Shown in pieces: positions 40,801 through 53,300 of a stretch of DNA of 64,000 nucleotides. The notes under the pieces are model-generated. The model saw nothing but the letters and a program-made list of their open reading frames with translations, was not told where the DNA came from and did no database searches. This stretch comes from Octopus sinensis (lineage: Eukaryota): the NCBI RefSeq assembly GCF_006345805.1, contig NC_043002.1, positions 86,552,001 through 86,616,000 on the forward strand, given 5' to 3'. Numbering within the stretch: position 1 is the stretch's first letter; each line of letters begins with the position of its first letter. Both the position numbers and the translations under genes were made by a program.

Positions 40801-41331
40801 TAATTTTTTTCCCCTTTTCTTTTCAAAGTAATATCGATTATAAGAGATATAAACTCATGTTAAAAACTGAAGAACCATTGATTCATGAAAGAAAACAATG
40901 GGTATATTTTAATAGTTCACTTTAGGAAAATAAACATAACATTCTCATTTTGAAAAATCAAAATACTTCAGACTTACCTTTGTATGGACAGTAAACTTTA
41001 CTTTGTCTCTTTCACTAAGAGCATCTGAAATATCAACAACAAGGGACGAGTCTGTGGATAAATCAACTGTTTCTGAACGGCTCTGAAATAAAAAATAAAC
41101 TCAACTTACTACATAATTTAATATTAATACGTGGTTTTTTTCCTTTTACAATTATATAAAGACAACCAAACATTAACTGAAGGATCACTTCTTTTTTACA
41201 AGGAAAAGGATTAATAGTAACTTGAGAGTTTTGCCATTTCTTTGCTTCAATAGACTGACCAATTAATCAAGTACATGACAAAATCTTGAAGTTACTCAAA
41301 ACCTTTTCCTTGTATGAATATATGTGTGTAT

Positions 41332-41362
<31 letters not shown>

Positions 41363-44300
41363 AGAGTAAAGGGTAAAGATCCCCTTCGATCATGAATAAC
41401 CATAGGACTGCACCTGGAAAGTTCCCCTCCAAGGCACAAGTCTGAGTGAAGCTGCTTATGGAAGACCAGCATCCACCCATGCATACCAGCCTCCCCTCTC
41501 CATGCCATCAAAGTCAACTAAGTAAACGGCAAAGGCCAATACAGCTTGGCACTAGTGATGTTGTAACTCATTTCTACAGCTGAGTGAACTGGAGCAACAT
41601 GAAATAAAGTGTCTTGCTCAATCAATAACACAACACACAGCCTTAACTAGGAATTAAACTCATTACCTCATGGTTCTAAATCCAATGCTCTAACCATTGA
41701 GCCATGCACCTAAACACACAAACAGATATATATTGACAGAATAGTATTGACAGTGGATTTGAAGTTTTGGCCAGCTAGGTCATCATTGGACTGTAATTAC
41801 AGTTCAATGATGGCTTGGCTGGTTGAAATGTTGAAGTAAAAAGCACCCACTACACTCTCGGAGTGGTTGGCGTTAGGAAGGGCAACCAGCTGTAGAAACA
41901 CTGCCAGATCAGACTGGAGCCTGGTGCAGCCTCCTGGCTTCCCAGACACCGGTCTAACCATCCAACCTGTGCTAGCATGGAGAACGGACGTTAAACGATG
42001 ATGATGATGATGATGATGATCATCATCATCATTTAACGTCCGCTTTCCATGCTAGCATGGGTTGGACGGTTCAACTGGGGTCTGGGGAGCCCGAAGGCTG
42101 CACCAGGCCAGTCAGATCTGGCAGTGTTTCTACAGCTGGATGCCCTTCCTAACGCCAACCACACCAAGAGTGTAGTGGGTGATTTTATGTGCCACCGACA
42201 CAGGTGCCAGACGAGGCTGGCGAACGGCCACACTCGGATGGTGTTTTTTATGTGCCACCGACACAGGTGCCAGACGAGGCTGGCAGACAGCCACGCTCGG
42301 ATGGTGTTTTTATGTGCCACCGACACAGGTGCCAGATGAGGCTGGCGAACGGCCACGATCGGATGGTGTTTGTTACGTGCCCACAGCACGGAGGCCAGTC
42401 GATGCGGTACTGGCTACGGCCACGTTCGGATGGTTTTCTTGTGTGCCACCGGCACTGGTACCACAAAGATACAAATTCCATTGATGTTCATCTATTTTGA
42501 TTTGATTTGTTTTGATTTGATTTGATTTGATTTTGGATGATGATATATATAGGGTTGGCCAAAAAGTCTGTTCAGTTTTTGCTGACACTAGACTTCAAGC
42601 ACTCTAATAAGTAGCTAACTTCAGACTGTCCCTTGTATATGCACACTCATTATATACTTGACACTTCAACATAATTAATAACTTGCAACTAGACAGGTAT
42701 TTTATGTGCTTTTACTCACCTTGAAAACAGAGAACCAAAAGAAACATTATCAACACCTCATACCTTTTTATTTTGAAGATAAGAAAGTAACCCAAGCCAG
42801 CCACTATGTATGGAGAAGATACTGTTATGGAGAATGTGTACCAGAAGTGGTTTGCAAGATTTTGATCAGGAAATTTTTCAGCTCAAGGGATATTTTGCTC
42901 TGAGATTAACAGCAACAAAATGAAGGACTTAGTCAACACCAAACCCCACTATATGACCAGGATGATCACAGATAGTCTCCAAATATCCAAATTAAGTGTT
43001 GAAAACTATCTGCATCAATTTAGTTACATCAGCAGGCTTAATGATTGGGTCCACATCAACTGAATGAAGCGAACCTCACCCAACAGATTCCCATCTGTGA
43101 TTTGTTGCAAAAACAACGAAAAATTATCCTTTTTTGAAGAGAATGGTAACGGGGAATGAAAAATGAATCTTCTATAACAATGTGAAGCTTAAAAGATCAT
43201 GGGAAAAGTGTGGCAGACCACAACAAACAACCTCCAAAGCAGGATTTCACCCCCCCACCCAAAAAAAAACGTAATGCTTTCAATTTGGAGGGATTGGAAG
43301 GGTGTTGTCTTTTATGAGCTTCCTCCCAAAGTCAGGACCATCAGTTCAGATGTGCACTGTGACCAACTGGAAAATTAAATGCAGCAATCCACCAGATGTG
43401 TCCAGTACTTGCTAATCATAAAGGCATGGTCTTTCATCATGACAATGCCAAACAGAACATTTCTTTGCATACATGGCAGTAATTACTGGGACTTGGCTGC
43501 CTTCAAATTTCCACCTGTGTCAGTGTCTTCAAAATTTACTGAATGGACAGACTGTCAACTATGAAGAGGATATAAAAATTTATCTGGAAGAATTTTTTGC
43601 CAGTAAAGACAGGAAATTCTATGAGCAGGGAATAATGGATCGGCCCACAAGACAACAGAAGATAAATCAACAAAATGGTAATCATATCACTGATTGAATA
43701 TACTGCTTTGTGCTTAAAACTTATGCATTATCTTCACTTAAAAAAACAACAATGGACGTTTTGGTCAACCCAACATAATAGGGAGGAAGTTTGTTGGTTA
43801 CCAGACTTTCTTAGCCTGGGGTAACTGGAACTACCATAGTTAATATAGAGTGTATAAACCTACAGGTTCATTGTGGTAATAGCGGACGTAGAACAGAATA
43901 CATGCACTGGAAATGAATTTGATAGAAAAATAAAAGCTACATGTGATTTTATTTTTTAATCTGCATTAAGTTATGCAGTGATGCCTGGTAGTTCCAACTG
44001 TAATGGTTTCAATTACTACCAGATGAATTAAGATACCAACAAATATCAGAATTCAAAATAAAAAAATCATTCAAATTGATCCATAACGCAAGTGAATGAA
44101 AAAAAAAGTTTCTAAACTTAAATATTATTAATGGCTCTATCTTTCCCATTAAGAGGTAAATTCATCATAATCACCATCATTGCTTAACATTCGCATTCCA
44201 AATGGGACAAATTATAAATATTAAATCCAGTTCATAACAGTGTAAAGAAACATTAGGTACAAACCTAATGACATGTTACGTCTGAGAAAGAAAAAAATAT

Positions 44301-47300
44301 GCATATATTAATTATGCATTATAGATAATATTTAGCTATTATAATAATTTAAGTTTCTAAATTGTAGACATAATCATTTAAAATGTATTTACTATTTACT
44401 TCCTGTTCAGCAGCAGCAAACAAGTAGATAGAAATTGAATTCCGACATTTTATTCTCATGAGTTGGAAGTGTCTACAAGTACAGTAGAATATTATTCCTC
44501 ACAATTTTGTCTGTAACATACAATAATATATCAGAGATCACCACTTGCTGCCATATTGTCCCAGATCTATTTCAAACAGGGGTACCCTCATAGTTAACTC
44601 ACCATACAGCAAGTGATTGTCTGCTGGTAGTAACCAATCTCTAAGAGAACCAGACAACCAGAAGGCTAGTAGTCCCTCTAATGTTGTTGGCACTGAGTTA
44701 TGCTCCAAGCCAAAACAACTTAAATTCAAATGACCAAACCTAGGTGAAATAGGTTATCATATGACAGTAATGACTCACAATAATAAAACATTTTAAAAAC
44801 TGACAGGCAGTATTTAGCTTCAGACTAGAAACCTACAACTGTCCTGACACCATTTGTTCATTAGATCCACACTGTGGTTCTAACTGCTTTAAACAGCTTA
44901 CTTTATAAGATATCAGATCAAATCGAAAATGGTGTCTGTCAAGCAGTCAATATTATTTATAACATTTTTCTGGCAACAGCTGCAGCAACACTGGTACATC
45001 AGTAATTGTTCTCTGGGTCTACATTAGCAATGTAGAAAGAAGACCATGGCAGTATGAACAGTCAGCCCTCCATATTAACCTGTCCAGACCTGTACATTGA
45101 AGAACACACTTTAGAATCCAAATCCAGTCTTTCAAGACTAATGAACACTAATACAATCACTGTTCCTTTACACAAGCACATACAATGCATATGACAGCTG
45201 CATTCTAAATTGGCTTACTGACTGCCTTTTATATGGCAGATCCTAAGGACATACAGTATCTTTTGTGCAAAGAAAAGTTTTGTTATCAGCACAAACAACA
45301 ACTGTCTAAGCATACCTGTTCCTTCTTATTCAAATTATTACACTCTCACCACAGCTATCTTCAGAATTTGTCAATTTATAGAAATCCTACTTTACTTCTA
45401 TCAGGTAACAAATGCAGTTTTAGATTTTGTTTCAAGATTACCACAGAAGCTCTTGGTTCCAGACATCTCATTGTACCTTTTGGGTATTAATCATTTATAC
45501 AAAGTATCTACCAATTCTCTTACACTGATCTAAGTCTTTTCCCAATATCAAAAGAATAAGACGAATTTGCTTAAGTTGCAAGCCAATCACAATCCCACAA
45601 AAGAATAGAATCTCAGACCTCATTAATTGGATAGCAGCTTCTTAACCATCTCGCCATGCAGCATCCACATATTATAAAGTAATAAAATATAAAATACCTA
45701 ACAGTAACACATCTCTTCACAAAATCAAAAACTGGACAAGGCACACAATATTGACACACACTAAGTAAAACGGTGGTATATCTACACCACTAGTTTGCTT
45801 GAGCCAGTTAAAGCAAGTGAACATTAAGTTAAAAATAAGAGCCACTGTTTCTTCAATTTACATACAAACATATTCTGAACTGTATCTTTACAATAAGATA
45901 CAGGAGTGGCTGTGTGGTAAATAGCTTGCTTACCAACCACATGGTCCCAGGTTCAGTCCCACAGTGTGGCACCTTGGGCAAGTGTCTTCTACTATAGCCT
46001 CGGGCCAACCAAAGCCTTGTGAGTGGATTTGGTAGATGGAAACTGAAAGAAGCCTGTCATATATATGTATATATATGTATGTGTTTGTGTATCTGTGTTT
46101 GTCCTCCCCCAACATCGCTTGACAACCGATGCTGGTGTGTATATGTCCCCGTAACTTAGCGGTTCGGCAAAAGAGACCAATAGAATAAGTACTAGGCTTA
46201 CAAAGAATAAGACCTGGGGTCGATTTGCTCGACTAAAAGGCGGTGCTCCAGCATGGCTGCAGTCAAATGACTGAAACAAGTAAAAGGGTAAAAGAATAAC
46301 ATCAAATTAAATCAAAGGGTACTTCTTTGTGAAGACAGTGGCCTTTCATAAGAGAAAGATATAGGTAGTGATACCTGTAAATTGCTGGCATTGGTTTTCA
46401 TGAAGCTAACCGTTAGAAATTAAGTGAACTCAAATACTTGTGCCACCAGAATAGTAGCATAGTTCTTTTGATCAAACTTCTAACCAAATGAATCGTAACT
46501 ACCACTTTGAATATGTCAAAGGCTACAAAGTCATCTAAATCAACAATATACCTAGAGCAACTTAAAAAAGATTTTATATCATCATCATTGTTTGACCGCG
46601 GTCGAGACAATGGAATTTATTATGCTACGCCAGACTTCACGGTCCATCATAGCATTACGGAGGTCCTGTTGCTGGATGCCTGTATCCCTGGAGATTACAT
46701 CAGGGTAGGAGAGTGTGCGCCCTCTGGTATCACGAGCAGATGGCTTCCAGAGGAGAAGAGTAGAAATTACCTCGTTTTCAGCTCTACAACAATGTCCAGC
46801 AAACTGGACTCTTCTACCTTTCACAAGAGATGATACAGGTGGTAGTTTCCCATATATTTGTACTTTGGTTGGATGACGCTTCCACGAGAGATTCTAAACA
46901 TGATTTTCCCCTCAGATTTTATATAATTAGGAAATATAGAGGAGTACTTAAGAGAAGCAAAGAATAGCTGAATATTTATCCACTTTCTTCATACATATAC
47001 ATTTCCTTTCACTTGTTTTAGACATTAGACTATGGTTAGTCATGTTGGGGCATTGCCTTGAAAGGTTTAATCAATCAAATGACCCAAGCAGCCAATTTTT
47101 TAATCTAGTACTTATCCATTTATTCTATTAATCTTTTCTTGCCAAACTGTTAAGTTATAGGGACATAATCCAACATCGTCAAACAGTGAGGGACAAGCAC
47201 AAAAATGCACACACACGTGACAGAATTCCATACAGTTCCCATTTGAGAAATCCAATCACAATACATTGGTCACCCAGAGCTATAGTAGAAGACATTTGCT

Positions 47301-50300
47301 TAAGGTACTATGCAGTTGGACTGAACCTGCAACCACATGGCTGCAAAGTGAACTTCTTAATCACACAGCTATCAAACTCTTCAGAAATTCATACAAATCC
47401 ATAAATCATCATCGTTTAACGTCCGCTTTCCATGCTAGCATGGGTTGGACAATTTGACTGAGGACTGGCAAACCAGATGGCTTCGCAAGGCTCCAATCTG
47501 ATCTGGCAGAGTTTCTACAGCTGGATGCCCTTCCTAACGCCAAAATAAGGCTTTGAAATATCTTTACATTTTTTCGTACACCACTGTTAAAACAGTAAAC
47601 AATTCCAGATATAAATGCTATTGTCAAAGAGCTAATATGAAACTGTAGTCTCCAAAGTATATTAAAATATTGAAATATTGGCTTTCATCTATGAGCCACC
47701 TACTTTCAAGACAGTATTGTTGTAGACAAAATTAGTAGCTTTCAGCTTGTCTGATTTTCTGTGAGAGACTGTTTCAGTATGATTTTCTAACATATTAGAA
47801 TATAGTTCTGAAAATTGATTTAGGTACTTTAAAAATAAAAAAAGAATTAATATAAGAGCATTTTTGTTTTTTTAAAGTAAAATTTGTAAGAAATAGATAG
47901 GTATGAGTGAGTATTAGAAACCTGCAGTTATAAAACTATTTTTCAATAAAAAGAAGACAGAAATAAACTATATACTTGCTCTTAAATGAATAACATATTT
48001 TGCTCAGACTTTGTATTTGTTATAGATTATGTTATAAAGTTTGTGGGACTGATAGACAGAATTTCTACAGAGACCTAAGTATATGTGTGAATGTTTACAC
48101 GCTGCATCCTGAGATGAAAAAACTGAGCAAAAGACTGAATGTTGTATTAGAATTCCTCGCCAACTAATCAATCCTCTAGTTCTTCACTTTGAAAAACATG
48201 TGGAATAAAAAAAATCCCTTACTTGAAAAGCAGATAAAGGTTAACAACAGAAAGGCATCTAACCATAAAACAATGTCCAATAAGTATTCATCCAATCCAT
48301 GCGAGCACAGAAGAATGGATGTAAAAATGAACCAATAAATAAATCTTATGTTTAGAAAACAATAAGGACAAGCTTCATAAGGTTTTTAGTTTACTCAAAT
48401 ATGACATTTGGTTTATATTAATCAATAATATTGATTAAAACTAAATGCTGTATGTATTGTCCATGAAGTAGTTCACATATAGAAAACAATTTGTGTGGAG
48501 AACTATCAGTGAATGTGAGCTGAGCTAGAATGCAACTAAACAAAATAACCGTGGAGATATTCAACACTTTGAAAATAAGGTTATAAAAATCTTGCCAGAT
48601 TAGACACATATCTGTATAACAAATTTCCCAAAGACAACAGCTGCACATTGATATTTGTCAACTTGTGAAGCTAAATCATTATTTAAGCTAAATCATTTAC
48701 ATTTAGCTGCAACTTGAAAGACTAAATTCCCTCTCAAATACAGCTTACATAATTTCAACTGTGTTATTTAAACTTTTAACAGACGTTTCTGGATTGTTCA
48801 AATTATCAATGTGTACAACACCTATGCTATCTTACAGCAACACCAACAATTAATAATGCATTAACTACCACTATTGCTGCTATTTTCTATGTTATTCTGC
48901 AACACATGGTGGATGAGTTCTATCAAGATGACATACATGTTATAACCACTTTCTTTTTAGGGATGCACTGCCAAAATAATGCAGTTCACAGAGGATAAAA
49001 ATACCAATCATTTGTTTGTTTTAAAGTTTTATTACATCCCCAATGAAAATTAACACCTTTTTTTTACCACTGAACCTCACTCCTGCTAGGAATGGCAACA
49101 TGCATCTAAACGGGACAGACAGTTGCTTATTTGAGGTAGGTTTTCAGTTGTTAGCAAAAATGCTAATCAAGTGAGGTTGTTAATTGCAGCATGAAACATG
49201 GGGCTAAGTTAATCTGTCTCTTCCAGTAGCTTAACCCTTTTGATACCAACCTGCCTGAAACCGCCTCTGGCTCCGTAATACAAATGTCGTTTTCAAAAGA
49301 TCTGAATTAAAATCTTCCACCAAATCTTAGTCACAATTTGTTCCTAACACTAGCTTAATGATGACTACATTATTTTAATAATTCTTTGTTATATTTAAAA
49401 TTAATTGAAAGAAACACAGAGTATCTCAACAGAAATATGGTAATGAAAGGGTTAATCCTCATTACAATCTAATATATGTTTATCCATTCTAGCCTAGGTT
49501 GTATAGACCTGTTGTCTAACTCTTACTCTGATATTTATCTGTAAGGTCCAATATTTTCAGTCTGATTTCAATAATTACTGCACAAATATTCCTTGGCCTG
49601 TCTCTCGTGTGTGTCTTCACAATGATACTGCTTAAACAGGTAACATTTATGCAGCACAGAAACAAAATATCCAGCAGTGGCTTGGTGTGTGAAGATGTGC
49701 ATTAAAGTACCTTACTTAAACACAAGAGCTAGCATTAAAAAGAGCGGACTACTTCAACTAACATAACACTCTTATAAAAGTATGCTACATATTTTGGAAG
49801 TTCACTTTCTATGATAGTGTAGATATTATTATACTGACTGAAGGCAACATAGAATTATTGACATTTATTTTGTGGCCATAAATTGCCATGGCACTACCAT
49901 CATTTTTATATCCAGTTTCCATATTTGCATAAGCAAGACAAAACGTCTCGAGGTAGTATACTATGGCTGGATTCTTTTCCTGATATTAACATTTGTTTTC
50001 AAGTAAGGTACATTCATTTGCCAAAGCAAATACATATGTATACATACATATAATGGTCTTACATAGTTTTCTCTCAGCCAAATTTTACTCACAAGACACT
50101 GGTCAACTCAAGGCTAAAACAGAATACAATTATCCAAGGTGCCACATAGTTGGCTTGAACCTGAAACTCATGTAGCTGTGAGGTGAACTTAACAATACAG
50201 TCATGTCTACAACTATGTAACAAACACATACATTTACATTCACAAAGCCTATAACCTTCTCCTTAAAAAGATTTTCCCCTATGCAAAATCTAAAATTAAA

Positions 50301-53300
50301 CCCAACTAGTATAAACTTTAAATGAAAAACTATAAAACATAACAAAGAAAACTACTTTCTGAAGATTTATAGAGCATATCCATTTAGTTATGAGCGCCAA
50401 TTTGAACAAGGAGATTTAAACAGTCAAAGTTCAGAAGCCAGAAAAGTACACAAATTTAAATATTATAGGTATGTGTCACTAATAAATAAGCTTATCTGGG
50501 TTAGTCAAAAGCAGAAATAGATCCTTGCACATTAAACTCACTGTAATGAAAACCACAATTACAATGTTTGATCAGACAGGCTAGGTAACAGAAAAAGCTA
50601 AGCCTTTAACCACTGTCAAATATTTTAGTTGAAACATTTCAGAAGTAACATCAGATAGTTTTGTTACTTAACTCAGAGATTAGCTTTTCAGCAAACTCTT
50701 CACATCAGAGTATTTGTGCGCTTAAAGTTTACTAAGGTGACAAACAATAGTTAACAATCAACTCATAATATGACCTATATTTTTGTATAAGTTTTTAATA
50801 TTGTTGTAGTTATGTATCTCCAATCAATTCCAATCAAGCAGATCTATAGCATAGATTTTACTGATCATATATTTGGGAGTGGTTCAAAGAACCACAAGCC
50901 ATGCTTCATTTAGTCTTGCCCAACATACTACAATGTTTCATTGTTTGAGGTGAAATATAGCAAATTATTGTTTAGCACCAGGTCAGCTCTGCTCGAGCAA
51001 ACTATTTCACTTCAAATAGACATGACTCTCTCTCTCTCTCTCTCTCTTTTACTTGTTTCAGTCATTTGACTGTGGCCATGCTGGAGCACCACCTTTTAGT
51101 CGAGCAAATCGACCCCAGGACTTATTCTTTGTAAGCCTAGTACTTATTCTATCGGTCTCTTTTGCCGAACCGCTAAGTTACGGGGACGTAAACACACCAG
51201 CATTGGTTGTCAAGCGATGTTGCGGGGGACAAACACAGACACACAAACACACATATATATATACATATATACAAATATACGACAGGCTTCTTTCAGTTTC
51301 CGTCTACCAAATCCACTCACAAGGCTTTGGTCAGCCCGAGGCTATAGTAGAAGACACTTACCCAAGGTGCCACGCAGTGGGAATGAACCTGGAACCATGT
51401 GGTTGGTAAGCAAGCTACTTACCACACAGCCACTCCTACGCCTATGACTACTTTTTTTTTTATAAGATGATAGGATGTTAAGTTAAAAGAAATTTGGCTG
51501 CTATTACAAACACACATAGGCACCCTCATTAGCAAGCTTTACATGTTACTTCTCTATTCTGCTGTTCTGTCTGTACTTCTGAGAACAACAGGATCAAAAG
51601 TGAAGAAAAAGTAATTGATGTAGTGATTTTGATCCATTTGTTGTCCATTTTCTAATAATTAATTCCGTCTGTAGATTCGTATATAAACTAATAAGATTTC
51701 AATATTTTTGTGATAAACTGGAAAGCATATTTGAATAGAAAAAAAAAATTAATTATTTAAGTTACATAAAAGGATTCTACAGACTAGAAATCTTAATCCA
51801 AATGTATATCATTTCATTCTTACATTCACATTTTTTAAGTTGGCAAGGGCTGAACAACACTTACTGAGGCAGTAATCTGTAAGCCATATACACTTTTTTT
51901 GCAACTATTTGTTTTCAAGTAAAGTATTTGCTACACTGGTCTTCCTATGTTGAAACCAATAAAACTGCCAATCACAAACACATCATCATTTTACTCAAGG
52001 TCATTGTGAAGACATGGAAAAAAAAAAAAATTCACATATGCATAGGAGGGAGTGGCTGTATGGTAAATAGCTTGCTTACCAACTACATGGTTCCGGGTTC
52101 AGTCCCACTGCATGGCACCTTGGGCAAGTGTCTTCTACTATAGCCTCGAGCCGACCAAAGCCTTTTGAGTGGATTTGGTAGACGGAAACTGAAAGAAGCT
52201 TGTCGTATATGTTTGTCTTCCCCCAACATCGCTTGACAACCGATGCTGGTGTGTTTACGTCCCCGTAACTTAGCAGTTCAGTAAAATAGACCGATAGAAT
52301 AAGTACTAGGCTTACAAAGAATAAGTCCTGGGGTCGATTTGCTCGACTAAAGGCGGTGCTCCAGCATGGTCACAGTCAAATGACTGAAATGAGTATGCAC
52401 ACACATGTACATACATACATTGTGTGTGTGTGTGTGTGTGTGTATATAATATAGAAGACAGATTTGGTAATCAATGTTTTATAGGACATACACTTGTTTC
52501 ATCAAAATGCTGAAATAATTACATAACAGTTGTAGAAACATTATACAATCTTGCACTTCACTTCAGAGTCCCACTGTTAGGTAATTATTCCAGGATTTTG
52601 CTGAAAAACACGTCCTATAAATCACTGAATAGTATACTGTTTTTCTATATACTATTTGGCTCATATTCTGCATGCTAGTCTAACCCAAAGTTTTAGTCGC
52701 ATATCTGCTTACTTCACTTCTTTGCTTCATGCTCTTGCTTGATGGGGCAGGAGTCATTCCAAGTTAGTGACCCCAGAGGCATCGTTATGCATAGAGCTGA
52801 CCAGATCCACCAGTCCCGTACCAGACCCTCTGCACCCTCCAAGATCTCTGAAGATCTTAATCACATTCAGTCATTTGAAGTGGGGTCTATCATGAGGCCT
52901 CTTCCAGCATGCAGCTGCTGTTTTGAATGAGAGCAGAGTGTGTGTGTACACACACACACACACACACACAAACATGACGGGCTCTTATAGTTTCCTTCTA
53001 CCAAATTTAACTCATAACCCATTGGTTGACCTGAGGCTATAGTAAACATTTGTCCAATGTGCCACTCAGGGGGTGAAACCCAAAACCACACAACCATATC
53101 TGCAGCTTATTTATGTGCAAAATTTATAAAACAGATTCTAATATTTAACATTGTCTGCATATTTACACAATATTCTAAGCCCATATCACATTAATAGGTC
53201 TAAAACTTTTGTCATGGTTTCATCACATACCCTGGTATACATGTTATTAGGTAAACAACTTGATGTTCTACAAGAGCAGGCTTCATTTGACATTCCAACC

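Noticed and set aside
42033-42500. Overlapping 77-118 aa ORFs and a CRISPR-like periodic array
   Set aside because: Head-to-tail minisatellite units with no unique spacers inside a LINE 3' UTR; eukaryotic context, no cas genes.
44538-45200. Possible very old RTE-like coding remnant (LLYGELT...)
   Set aside because: Only one short motif matched; too degraded to support without a profile search.
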